This document shows positions 16,294 to 24,991 of a DNA stretch of 32,000 nucleotides, piece by piece. Where the stretch lies: the NCBI RefSeq assembly GCF_000025925.1, contig NC_014033.1:2400001-2432000 (forward strand), in the 5' to 3' direction. A model generated the notes under the pieces. That model did not search any database and was not told the DNA's origin. It saw nothing but the letters and a program-made list of their open reading frames with translations. The position numbers and the translations under genes were made by a program. The first letter of the stretch is position 1. Every line of letters starts with the position of its first letter. The DNA is from Xylanibacter ruminicola 23. Its GTDB lineage: Bacteria > Bacteroidota > Bacteroidia > Bacteroidales > Bacteroidaceae.

Positions 16294-16350
16294 CAAATAA
16301 TCCTCGAAACAATCAACCCTTCCACTCCTCGCAAGCCTTGCGAAGGTTAA

Positions 16351-16884
16351 TTATTTCGGGTTCCAATCATGCACCAACTCCTTCAGGCGTTCCACTTGAT
16401 TATCTTCGATTCCCTCAGGATAGTCTAATGCGAGCACAAAGATATCTTCATCACCCAATACGTATTTCTCATAGCATTTATATTCATTGTTTTTCGCTCT
16501 GCTTTCCATATAGAAATAGTTTAAGTGCAATTCCTTCATGGTAATAGTATCATTCCCAATCTCCATGATAAATCTTTCTACAGAATTAGCGAATGTATTT
16601 ACGTCCCAGAGTTCATATCTTGGAATAGAAAAAGTCCTAAGCGCAACATTATTTCCATTGATAGTATAGTAGAACGAGGCATGCCCACTATCCTGCTCTG
16701 CAGTATTAACCTCAAAGTAATCTGGATACACTACCCTATACATTGGATTCACAAACACAAACGTGTCCAACCTCTCCCAAGTAATCACCTTTTGCGGACT
16801 AACCTGATGGTTCTTTTTAGCACAGCACATCAACAACAATATGATGCCTGCCCCTGATATCACTCCTAATATTAACTTTTTCAT
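16351..16884 (-). CDS. Hypothetical exported/lipoprotein-like protein
   Basis: The N-terminus MKKLILGVISGAGIILLLMCC resembles a signal peptide with a Cys at the cleavage region. No other motif was recognised. Confidence 0.65.
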   Translation of the reverse strand: MKKLILGVISGAGIILLLMCCAKKNHQVSPQKVITWERLDTFVFVNPMYRVVYPDYFEVNTAEQDSGHASFYYTINGNNVALRTFSIPRYELWDVNTFANSVERFIMEIGNDTITMKELHLNYFYMESRAKNNEYKCYEKYVLGDEDIFVLALDYPEGIEDNQVERLKELVHDWNPK

Positions 16885-16920
16885 AAGTTTTGGAGTTTTT
16901 CGCTCACAAGATAATTACTA

Positions 16921-18966
16921 TTACGGATTGGTAGTTTGTGTTATCTTTAGAACATCCCTGCCATTATCGATTTCTATTCTACCTAATCTTCCAAGCACAC
17001 TCTGGCCTAACAACAATGGTGCTTTTTGGTTTCTAACCACCGAGGCACGAACATTCTTTAATTCTAATCCCCCAAAGTTTACTTTGCGTAAATTGATAAT
17101 AGTACCAACACTTACTTCACCATTGGCATCCATGTAGTGTTGACTGCCAACGACATCTTTATCTGTAAGATAATCGTTCTTCATCATAAAGGTGGCTTCA
17201 ACCATCGACAAAGTAACATCACTTGCCCCAGTATCAAACACAAAGTGCAGAGGTAAGTCATTAATTGTGCATTTTACCTTGCACACCCCACCTTCTTTGG
17301 TAAAGGGGACTTCAGTAACTTCTGTTTTACCTGATTGTTTGCTTTCAACGGAATCGTCCTCGTATTCTTTCAGTTCTCTTTGATGCTTTTCTTTGTATTC
17401 ATTTACCATACTTTTAAACTCAGATAAATTGCGAATATTATCCAAGTCTCTATCTATCGCAATGTGTGCAAATCTTCTATATCCGTGTGAAAAAGCCATT
17501 CTAAGATAGCTCAATGCTGTTTCTTTTTCATCCATCAACGAATACAAACATGCTGCATCATAATAAGAATCATTTGATTTTTCAATAATCTTGTTCATGA
17601 AATCAATAGCTTTCTCCTTTTCCCCCAAATGGAAAAAAGCAAATTGAGCTACAGAGTGATCGCTTGGCTCAACATCCAGTTCTATAGCTTTCAAGAAATC
17701 TTCTTTTGCCAAATCAGAATCCTTTCTTTTCTCATACATTTTACCTCTACAGAAATAGGAATATGCATCCTCTGGGTCAAGTGTTACAGCTATTGTGTAG
17801 TCATCTATAGCGCCATCGGTATATCCCCCATTCTCTTTAAACCATGCTCTGCGATGATATGCGTAATCCCATTCGGGATAACTATTTATAATATCATCCA
17901 TAACCCTTATTGCATCGTCAACACGACCTGATTCATAATACACATCTGCTTTGGTAGCCTGAGCTCTAACATCTTTAGGATCCATTTGGAGCGTTTTTTC
18001 CAAATACGTCAAAGCCAAATCGTACTCACCAATACTCTCATAACATACAGCAATACTTCTGAATATCACAGAAGTCGTATTTATCTCTGCCGCCTTTTTG
18101 TAATACTCAATAGCCTTCTTCGTAGCACCTTTCCGGTCATATACCACTCCCAAATAATAAGGCCATGCCTGATCATTAGGATTCTTATTACTTTGAATTA
18201 CTAATTTCGTCTTGAGTAGTGCGAAAGCATCATCCACGATGTTTTGCATAAGATAATACGCTTTTTGATCGCCATCTATTATCAACGCAGCAATGATATC
18301 GTCAATAGCCTCACTATACTTCTTTAAGCCAATATAGCTTTCAGCTCTAAATGAATAAACCGATGAGTAATTGTTGTCCAACTTGACTACATAATCAAAT
18401 TGCTTGATAGCGTTCACCCATTGCTCTTGGGCATTAGCATTACGTCCAATCCCCATATACCCCATAACATCACCAGGCTTTAGCTCTATCATCTTCCGAT
18501 AGTCTGCATCAGAACGAGCATAATCACCTTGCTCGTAATATACCTGCGCCCTATCCTCATAAGGTTTTGTTTCATTGGGTTTCAAACGTATTGCTTCGGT
18601 ATAGTCAGATAAAGCTTTGATGGTATCTCCCAAATGTAGATATATGTCTCCTCTTGTGGTATGTGCAAACGAAGTGTAATCCACGTCTTTCTTTGGAAGG
18701 TATTTTATTGCCAAATCAACAGCAGTAAGCGCTCTACCATATTCCTCTGAACGAGTTCTTAACGAAGCTATCCACACAAACGAATATCCATTTTTAGGAT
18801 TCTCCTGTACATCTTTGTTGAAATAATCAAGAGCATCCTCGTATTTCTGCTCCTGAATAGCCTCATGCCCCCTTAAGTAATTATATGTTTCTGGGCGCTT
18901 TATGTTCTGAGCTATAGTTTGAAGACAACAAACTACAGAAAGACAGGTTAATAGTAATTGTTTCAT
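16921..18966 (-). CDS. Secreted TPR-repeat protein with a C-terminal retropepsin-like (clan AA) aspartic protease domain
   Basis: Signal peptide MKQLLLTCLSVVCCLQTIAQ and numerous TPR-like A..Y/F...A..P repeats. The C-terminal FVFDTGASDVTLS (DTG active-site motif) and LLGQSVLGRLG are typical of bacterial gag-asp/Asp_protease_2 domains. Confidence 0.8.
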   Translation of the reverse strand: MKQLLLTCLSVVCCLQTIAQNIKRPETYNYLRGHEAIQEQKYEDALDYFNKDVQENPKNGYSFVWIASLRTRSEEYGRALTAVDLAIKYLPKKDVDYTSFAHTTRGDIYLHLGDTIKALSDYTEAIRLKPNETKPYEDRAQVYYEQGDYARSDADYRKMIELKPGDVMGYMGIGRNANAQEQWVNAIKQFDYVVKLDNNYSSVYSFRAESYIGLKKYSEAIDDIIAALIIDGDQKAYYLMQNIVDDAFALLKTKLVIQSNKNPNDQAWPYYLGVVYDRKGATKKAIEYYKKAAEINTTSVIFRSIAVCYESIGEYDLALTYLEKTLQMDPKDVRAQATKADVYYESGRVDDAIRVMDDIINSYPEWDYAYHRRAWFKENGGYTDGAIDDYTIAVTLDPEDAYSYFCRGKMYEKRKDSDLAKEDFLKAIELDVEPSDHSVAQFAFFHLGEKEKAIDFMNKIIEKSNDSYYDAACLYSLMDEKETALSYLRMAFSHGYRRFAHIAIDRDLDNIRNLSEFKSMVNEYKEKHQRELKEYEDDSVESKQSGKTEVTEVPFTKEGGVCKVKCTINDLPLHFVFDTGASDVTLSMVEATFMMKNDYLTDKDVVGSQHYMDANGEVSVGTIINLRKVNFGGLELKNVRASVVRNQKAPLLLGQSVLGRLGRIEIDNGRDVLKITQTTNP

Positions 18967-18994
18967 GCTACAAGTTTTTATATGTTGACACGTC

Positions 18995-19861
18995 CTAAAT
19001 TCTATCCATTACAATTTTAATCAGCGAATTAAACGATTCATTCTTATCAAGATGCGAAATCTGTCCCGCATCATCGACAATACAACAAGAAATAGCTTTA
19101 TGCCCCAACAATGATGCAAGTCCTATTATTGAAGCGGACTCCATGTCTATATTACATATACGTTCTCCTTCAAATTCGAATGACGCTAATTTCTCTTTAA
19201 GCATTTTGTCTTCTAATGGAAGTCTTAGTCCTCTACCCTGTGGAGCATAGAATCCTATACAAGAGACTGTATATCCACGCATAAGATCATCTTGAGCGAC
19301 CTGCTCAATTAGTTTTTTCACTGTTGTAGCAACATATGGTGAGCCCTTAATAGGATTCCAACTCATATGGTCTACGAAACTCTTTTCTAATGATAAATCA
19401 CATACAGTATCTCTATTAGCATAGAAATTCAGTAAACCATCAAAACCAATTGCCTTTTGTGTAACAACAGGCGTTCCTGGTTTAATATTTGGCTGTACGC
19501 TTTCACTTATTCCGACATTAACCATCGTTAGAGTACGGTGCTCGTCTTTTTCTTCTCGTGTTACATAATCGATATTTGCAAGTGTATCAAGTTCGTTAAT
19601 AACGATGTCCATATTCTCTGAGCCAAAACCATATGACAAGCAAGTAATCCTTTTTTCTTTATATGTACCTGTGATGGTATGGAACTCACGGCTTTCTACT
19701 TCACACTCTCGGGTTTCATAATTATCTGCGACCAAGTTAACTGATGCAGGATCACTAACAAGAATAATACGGTCAGCCAACTGCTCTGGACGTAAATGCA
19801 AATGGAAACATGATCCATCTGAATTAATTATCAATTCTGATTCAGGAAATATTCGCTTCAT
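18995..19861 (-). CDS. PNP/UDP-family nucleoside phosphorylase-like protein
   Basis: The N-terminus ESELIINSDGSCFHLHLRPEQLADRIILVSDP and NMDIVINELDTLANID resemble the ~290-aa Bacteroidota uridine-phosphorylase-like family. An MESA motif is present. Confidence 0.75.
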   Translation of the reverse strand: MKRIFPESELIINSDGSCFHLHLRPEQLADRIILVSDPASVNLVADNYETRECEVESREFHTITGTYKEKRITCLSYGFGSENMDIVINELDTLANIDYVTREEKDEHRTLTMVNVGISESVQPNIKPGTPVVTQKAIGFDGLLNFYANRDTVCDLSLEKSFVDHMSWNPIKGSPYVATTVKKLIEQVAQDDLMRGYTVSCIGFYAPQGRGLRLPLEDKMLKEKLASFEFEGERICNIDMESASIIGLASLLGHKAISCCIVDDAGQISHLDKNESFNSLIKIVMDRI

Positions 19862-19900
19862 TGTTCTTATTTGTTATGAACTGTATATCGTTATAGGTTA

Positions 19901-20197
19901 TCACTCAGGTTTGCCATACTCATTTTCTCCATCATCACCTTTGGCAATCATAAGCCAAACGAAATATAGAGGAATTAGTTGCCACCAGCCAGAATTCCCA
20001 ATATCATGGCATCTTTTAGCTCCCTGCATTAACATGAATACCCACAGGATTATCAGTATAATAGCATAGGCCCCATTATTACTTGGTGCTCCAATAATAA
20101 GTCTACAAATAAAATCAGCTCCGATAAAAATCAAAAGAGATAGTATATATTCCACTCTTCCAATTCTTCCGTTTGAATAAAATGGTGCCCTAAACAT
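19901..20197 (-). CDS. DUF805 family inner-membrane protein
   Basis: Motifs seen: GRIGRVEYILSL, GAKRCHDIGNSGWWQLIP and a C-terminal ENEYGKP. Together these are the DUF805 (YhaH/YhaI-like) signature. Confidence 0.8.
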   Translation of the reverse strand: MFRAPFYSNGRIGRVEYILSLLIFIGADFICRLIIGAPSNNGAYAIILIILWVFMLMQGAKRCHDIGNSGWWQLIPLYFVWLMIAKGDDGENEYGKPE

Positions 20198-20232
20198 AAT
20201 TTATAGTATTCAAATTTTTTATTAATTAAATT

Positions 20233-20265
20233 GGATTAGAAGGCACAAATAAGTGCCTCTAATCC
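20233..20265 (-). terminator. Stem-loop downstream of the TerB-like gene (candidate intrinsic terminator)
   Basis: ggattagaaggcac / aaataa / gtgcctctaatcc forms a 13-bp stem with one bulged base and a 6-nt loop, 10 nt after the stop codon. The flank is A/T-rich, but there is no clean U-tract. Confidence 0.45.
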
Positions 20266-20275
20266 TATCTAAATA

Positions 20276-20653
20276 TCAGAGTAAGTCTTCCAAAATCTTC
20301 GGAAAATTCTTAGATTTTGCCTTGATGTTCAGTAACAGTGCTTTTTCTGTGCCATCAACTTGACCGTCCCCCTTAATCTTATCATAGAGATACTGAGCTT
20401 CATCATCATCAATCTCCCCTGGACTTGTTTCGTCATCAAGAACAAATGAAGTGATGGCCTTAACAAAGAATATCTCCCATGAAGGATCATTGGCCTTACC
20501 AGTTACAGCATCATTGAGCTCAAAGAGGAAGTCTGCTTCATCTTTGTCAATCACACCGTCTTCATACAAGACCTCTTCCAGTTCTTTTACTTCGTCAGCA
20601 TCGATGATACCATCTGCCAACAATTCTTTTTTCAATTCTTCTAAAGATTTCAT
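20276..20653 (-). CDS. Small acidic TerB-like protein
   Basis: Three repeats of DG-[IV/Q]-[IV]-D-x-[DT]-E followed by helical segments (DGIIDADEVKEL, DGVIDKDEADFL, DGQVDGTEKALL). This resembles the ADG.....E pattern of the TerB superfamily. Called from memory of the family pattern only. Confidence 0.5.
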   Translation of the reverse strand: MKSLEELKKELLADGIIDADEVKELEEVLYEDGVIDKDEADFLFELNDAVTGKANDPSWEIFFVKAITSFVLDDETSPGEIDDDEAQYLYDKIKGDGQVDGTEKALLLNIKAKSKNFPKILEDLL

Positions 20654-20664
20654 AATTTTACATT

Positions 20665-23574
20665 TTAGATTTTCTTTATTAATGCAAACAATTCACGTAT
20701 AATCATTACCAAAGCAGAACCAATAATAATGATAGCCCAGTCAACCATCTTAAGTGGAACGACGTTAAAGAAGCTGTTAAGGAACGGGGCCTGAACTATG
20801 AGGATTTGACCAACCAAGATAATAATGGTAATGGTAATGAATCCGTCACAGCCTTTGAGATTCAAACCGCTACCGCCACTCTTATACGCTCTGGCATTGA
20901 ACATATACCAGAAGTGTGTCATCACAAAAATTGTAAAGAGCAATGTTAACTCGTAAGGTGTCACAGCATTCTTCTCTGGAGTAAGTGATAATGTCATGAG
21001 ATCGGTGAGCTGCTGAATATCACTATGCTGGAAAATATAGAGGAATCCAAGTAATAATACGAAGAAGAAACCACCAACACCAATGATATTAGCGAGCATT
21101 GACTTATCCAGGATAAAGGCCTTTCTATCTCTTGGTTTATCATTCATTACTCTATCTGTTGGAGGTAGAGCAGACAGTGCAAATGCAGCGAATGTATCCA
21201 TGATTAGATTGACCCACAACATCTGTGTAACAGTTAATGGGGATTCTGTTCCCATAAAAGCACCACAAAGAACCAGGAAACAAGCTGCAACGTTTACGGT
21301 AAGCTGGAATAGCAAGAAACGCTGTATGTTCTGGAAAAGTGAACGTCCCCACTTCACTGCACGGGCAATACTTGCAAACGAATTGTCAATGATGGTAATG
21401 TCGCTAGCTTCTTTAGCAACGCTAGTTCCTGCACCCATAGAAAGACCAACATGGGCTGCATTAAGTGCAGGAGCATCATTGGTACCATCACCTGTAACAG
21501 CAACAACCTGATCTTTTGCTTGCAAGGCTTCTACAAGTCTCTTCTTGTCCATTGGGCGTGCACGAGCAATAATCTTGAGGTCATTAACTCTCTCCAACAA
21601 CTCCTTCTCAGAGAGAGAAGCAAAAGTACGTCCGTCAATAATATTCCGTTCTGTATATGAATCCTTCCAGATACCAATCTGGCGACCAATCTCACGAGCC
21701 GTTGCAATTGTATCACCAGTAACAATCTTAACGTCAATACCTGCATGCAGACATTTCTCCACAGCATCCTTAACATCTTCACGAATAGGATCCTCAATGC
21801 CTACGATACCCATAAACGTTAAATCATCCGCAACCAGTTTGCCATTCTCGATGACCTTTTGATCATCTTCAATAATCTGGTAAGCAAAACCTAAGGTTCT
21901 CATCGCTTTCTTCTGATAGTCAAGAAGCGTCTTCTCATAATCCTCTTTGCTATGATTTGACGGCATGTGTTTACATAAACCTAATACTATCTCAGGAGCG
22001 CCCTTAACATAAAGCACTTTCTTTCCCTCCTTGACGCCTGATTGCACCATTGTAGCCATATACTTCCTCTCTGTAGAGAAAGGTACTTCTGCCAAACGAC
22101 TTGTAGCTTCACGCAGTTCCTGATAACTCTGTTTCTTATTGTAGAGCCAAAGAAGAAGTGCGCCCTCAGTCGGGTTGCCAATTGCATGTGGTTTTCCTTC
22201 AGAAAAATCAAGCGAAGCTGTGGAGTTCACAGCCATTGCTTCATATACAAAAGCATCCTCGTCAATAACACTTTCCTTAACTTGCATCAGATTCTGAGTG
22301 AGAGTTCCGGTCTTATCTGTGCAAATTACAGTGGTCGCTCCCATAGTCTCACAGGCGTGCATCTTACGAACAAGATTATTCGTCTTAAGCATCTTACGCA
22401 TAGAATTTGCCAGAGAAAGTGACACGGCCATAGGCAATCCTTCTGGAACAGCGACAACAACCAAGGTAACAGCAATCATTATCGTTTCTAATGAGTATGC
22501 CATCAAATGAGACATCTCAGCTTCTGGCAAGAGTAAATTATGAAGTCCGATTACTGCACCTATAAAAATTGCGAAGAATACAACAATCGTCGTCATACAC
22601 TGCCATTTGCTGAAATCTTCAAACTTCTTAATAACAAGCCAGAAGAAAATGGCAGTAGGAATTATCAATCCCCAAACAGGTAATGCCCAGTCAAAATAAA
22701 CCAAGAGTTTACCAACGATGATTAAACCAGCAAACACATAACTAATATTCGTAATGAGATCGCTAAGACCATCTAACTGTTCATTCAGCGGAGTCTTGAC
22801 CTTCTTAGACACCTTATTCTTTCTTTGCAGTTTGACAGCTCTCTTTTGCTTCTCATCCAAGCCTACCAAAGCCTCGTCATCCTCTTCTTCATCATCAAAA
22901 TCTGCACCGACTAGAGACTGCATTATCTTTCCATTTTCGGTATTATCTCCTACTGCAAAAACTTCTGCATAACCGTGACCTTCCATAATTTGGGTTCCAC
23001 GGTATATCTGGTTACAGGGGTATGTCGCTTCGCTATCAAACTCTGCCTCATTAGTTGTTTTAGGATGGACAGGCTCACCAGTAAGAGATGATTCGTCAAC
23101 ATTCAGACTAACGGCTTCCAACAGTTTCGCATCTGCAGGAATCTCCTGACCTGTCTGAAGAACCAATATATCGCCAACAACAATGTCGCATTTTGGTACT
23201 TCTACAACATTACCGTTTCTAATAGCTAGTACAACCTCTTCATCATTAACCTGATTCAAAAGAGTAAACTCCTTTTGAGCTTTTAATTCAAAATAGAAAC
23301 CAAGACCTGTAGCTAACAGGATAGCAACAAAGATTCCAATAGGTTCAAAGAAAACAGGAAAAGGTTCACCTAATCCCCAGAATTCATAACAGGATACTCC
23401 AATAGCGAAGATACCGATTACCATTAATATTACAATCAAGGGATCTTCAAACTTCTCAAAATACATTTTCCACAGAGATTCTTTCTCTGGTGGAGTTAAT
23501 CGATTCGCGCCATGTTTCTTACGGCTTTCGAGCACCTGGGCATCGGTTAAGCCAGTGTAATGATTTTGTTTCAT
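20665..23574 (-). CDS. P-type Ca2+-transporting ATPase (P2 type, PMCA/SERCA-like)
   Basis: Motifs seen: phosphorylation site CTDKTGTLTQN, M4 ion-site motif VPEGLP, hinge VTGDGTNDAPAL, and TGE in LTGEP. Length 969 aa with about 10 TM segments. Confidence 0.9.
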   Translation of the reverse strand: MKQNHYTGLTDAQVLESRKKHGANRLTPPEKESLWKMYFEKFEDPLIVILMVIGIFAIGVSCYEFWGLGEPFPVFFEPIGIFVAILLATGLGFYFELKAQKEFTLLNQVNDEEVVLAIRNGNVVEVPKCDIVVGDILVLQTGQEIPADAKLLEAVSLNVDESSLTGEPVHPKTTNEAEFDSEATYPCNQIYRGTQIMEGHGYAEVFAVGDNTENGKIMQSLVGADFDDEEEDDEALVGLDEKQKRAVKLQRKNKVSKKVKTPLNEQLDGLSDLITNISYVFAGLIIVGKLLVYFDWALPVWGLIIPTAIFFWLVIKKFEDFSKWQCMTTIVVFFAIFIGAVIGLHNLLLPEAEMSHLMAYSLETIMIAVTLVVVAVPEGLPMAVSLSLANSMRKMLKTNNLVRKMHACETMGATTVICTDKTGTLTQNLMQVKESVIDEDAFVYEAMAVNSTASLDFSEGKPHAIGNPTEGALLLWLYNKKQSYQELREATSRLAEVPFSTERKYMATMVQSGVKEGKKVLYVKGAPEIVLGLCKHMPSNHSKEDYEKTLLDYQKKAMRTLGFAYQIIEDDQKVIENGKLVADDLTFMGIVGIEDPIREDVKDAVEKCLHAGIDVKIVTGDTIATAREIGRQIGIWKDSYTERNIIDGRTFASLSEKELLERVNDLKIIARARPMDKKRLVEALQAKDQVVAVTGDGTNDAPALNAAHVGLSMGAGTSVAKEASDITIIDNSFASIARAVKWGRSLFQNIQRFLLFQLTVNVAACFLVLCGAFMGTESPLTVTQMLWVNLIMDTFAAFALSALPPTDRVMNDKPRDRKAFILDKSMLANIIGVGGFFFVLLLGFLYIFQHSDIQQLTDLMTLSLTPEKNAVTPYELTLLFTIFVMTHFWYMFNARAYKSGGSGLNLKGCDGFITITIIILVGQILIVQAPFLNSFFNVVPLKMVDWAIIIIGSALVMIIRELFALIKKI

Positions 23575-23585
23575 AAATAGATTTT

Positions 23586-23966
23586 TTATTTATTAAATAA
23601 CTTATATGCAAAATAATAAACCGCACCAACACCTAAGGATATTGCGCAAATAGCATAATCTGAAACACAAATACCCCAAATAACACCACCTGCAGTGAAT
23701 AACGCTATGTATGATACAGTCGATAACACAAACCACATCCAAGCAAGAGTAACAACAACTCCAGCAGAGATTGAAATTAATAATGACGCTATTACAGTAT
23801 TGTTCCTACATATTGCCAAAAAAATCAGAATTGAGGCGATAACCCCAAAAACTTTGTAAAAATGCCCAAAAAGCACCAAACAATCTTGTATTCTATCTCG
23901 CATAATAGTCTTTTTACCTATTTTGCGTTCAAGACCTGATTTAGAAACAGAACTGCTCATATTCAT
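23586..23966 (-). CDS. Hypothetical 126-aa multi-pass membrane protein with a basic N-terminal SKSGLERKIGKK motif
   Basis: Three or four hydrophobic helices. Its stop codon lies 11 nt upstream of the ATPase ATG. Confidence 0.65.
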   Translation of the reverse strand: MNMSSSVSKSGLERKIGKKTIMRDRIQDCLVLFGHFYKVFGVIASILIFLAICRNNTVIASLLISISAGVVVTLAWMWFVLSTVSYIALFTAGGVIWGICVSDYAICAISLGVGAVYYFAYKLFNK

Positions 23967-23996
23967 ATTTTGTGTCTTTATTCCATGTTACTTCAT

Positions 23997-24173
23997 TTAA
24001 TTGATATTGTTAACTACCTTCTTAAGCCATCCTTTGATGTTGAATAGCAGGTACAATAGAGCTATCAGAGTTACAATTATTGCTATCACTTCTCCAGTTC
24101 CCGGATATGTGATACCTATATAATATAGGCCCCAGAATACTAATACAAATGCGATAGGAATTATTTTTCTCAT
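23997..24173 (-). CDS. Candidate 58-aa two-TM protein (MRKIIPIAFVLVFWGLYYIGITYPGTGEVIAIIVTLIALLYLLFNIKGWLKKVVNNIN), below the ORF-track cutoff
   Basis: Its ATG directly abuts the stop of the upstream 60-aa ORF (TAGATG). It has the same architecture as that ORF: TM, a YPxxG turn, TM, then an LKK tail. Confidence 0.5.
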   Translation of the reverse strand: MRKIIPIAFVLVFWGLYYIGITYPGTGEVIAIIVTLIALLYLLFNIKGWLKKVVNNIN

Positions 24174-24356
24174 CTAATTATTTCTTTTAATGAACTTCTT
24201 TAAATAGTAATTACAACAATATATTATTGAAATAAGGGCAAAAAGTAGTATTGCAAACATTAAGAAATCACCTAATTGGGGATATATTAGTGTCAAAATG
24301 AAAAATCCAATCCAATATAAGGCGGTACTAAAACAATGCAATACTTTTTTCTTCAT
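24174..24356 (-). CDS. Hypothetical 60-aa two-TM protein
   Basis: ORF-track entry. It has two hydrophobic helices joined by YPQLG and a basic tail (LKKFIKRNN). It appears to be a paralogue of the adjacent 58-aa ORF. Confidence 0.55.
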   Translation of the reverse strand: MKKKVLHCFSTALYWIGFFILTLIYPQLGDFLMFAILLFALISIIYCCNYYLKKFIKRNN

Positions 24357-24429
24357 ATTTTAATCAACTTTTATTCCGATAACCATCTTGCTACTCCATC
24401 ATGGTGAAAGCATAACACTTATTCATAGC

Positions 24430-24855
24430 CTACTTGTTTTTCTCAAATTCTGCTTTAGATATACCTTGTCCCATTCCTCCTCTTCCTGATGACACAAAGA
24501 ACTCTAAGGTGCCTTGTGAATAACCAGCAGCATCACATTGGACAGAGAACGGAGAAGATTTCTTGTAAAGGGTTTCAAATCCTTTTGTTGCTTTCGTTTT
24601 GGTAAAATAAGTGTCACTCTTTGAAAACGTAACATAACCTGAAGATTGGGGAGCTATAGAAAGAATCTGATACAACCCTCTCTCTCCCGTTCTCATAATC
24701 TTAACCGTCAAGGAATACGACGAACGATTCATTATCGTCAACGATGCTTTATGAGATGATGAAACGTCGCTGTCAGAATACCAACCCTGAGCACTAGCAT
24801 TTACGATCAGTCCCATTGTAAGGACAAACATTAATAATAGCTTTTTCATATTCAT
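24430..24855 (-). CDS. Hypothetical secreted protein (141 aa from the internal start)
   Basis: The internal start gives a signal peptide (MNMKKLLLMFVLTMGLIVNASAQ). A TAnnTTTG box lies 32 nt upstream. The longer track ORF (to 25083) has an implausible R/C-rich extension. Confidence 0.7.
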   Translation of the reverse strand: MNMKKLLLMFVLTMGLIVNASAQGWYSDSDVSSSHKASLTIMNRSSYSLTVKIMRTGERGLYQILSIAPQSSGYVTFSKSDTYFTKTKATKGFETLYKKSSPFSVQCDAAGYSQGTLEFFVSSGRGGMGQGISKAEFEKNK

Positions 24856-24886
24856 GTCTTTTTTTTGATTGTTATTATTGATAGTG

Positions 24887-24894
24887 CAAAGGTA
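24887..24894 (-). promoter_or_regulatory. -7 promoter box (minus-strand tacctttg)
   Basis: The reverse complement of caaaggta matches TAnnTTTG, upstream of the ATG at 24855. Confidence 0.5.
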
Positions 24895-24991
24895 CATCCT
24901 TTTTTTTATTCTTTTCGTAATTCCCAAACATTGCAATACTCCTACACGAATTGTTGCACTTATTAGTTTGCAAGGTTGCATCGAATCAATT

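Noticed and set aside
16329-16343. The small hairpin tcgcaa-gcc-ttgcga between the lipoprotein gene and the ftsZ promoter, considered as a terminator.
   Set aside because: It has only a 6-bp stem with a 3-nt loop, and no U-tract on the transcribed (minus) strand. That is too weak to call.
20276-20653. Interpreting the three DG-x-x-D-x-[DT]-E repeats of the 125-aa acidic protein as EF-hand loops.
   Set aside because: Positions 1 and 3 of the 12-residue EF-hand loop are not Asp/Asn (for example E-L-L-A-D-G-I-I-D-A-D-E). The spacing fits the TerB-like ADG.....E pattern better. Either way, metal binding remains plausible.
22754-22972. The acidic/basic stretch in the ATPase (DFDDEEEDDEALVGLDEKQKRAVKLQRKNKVSKKVK), considered as a foreign insertion. 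A poly-Ser antisense ORF lies opposite it.
   Set aside because: It falls in the A-domain to M3 linker, where PMCA-type pumps commonly carry charged regulatory inserts. The antisense ORF is a shadow. This is not enough to call an anomaly without an alignment.
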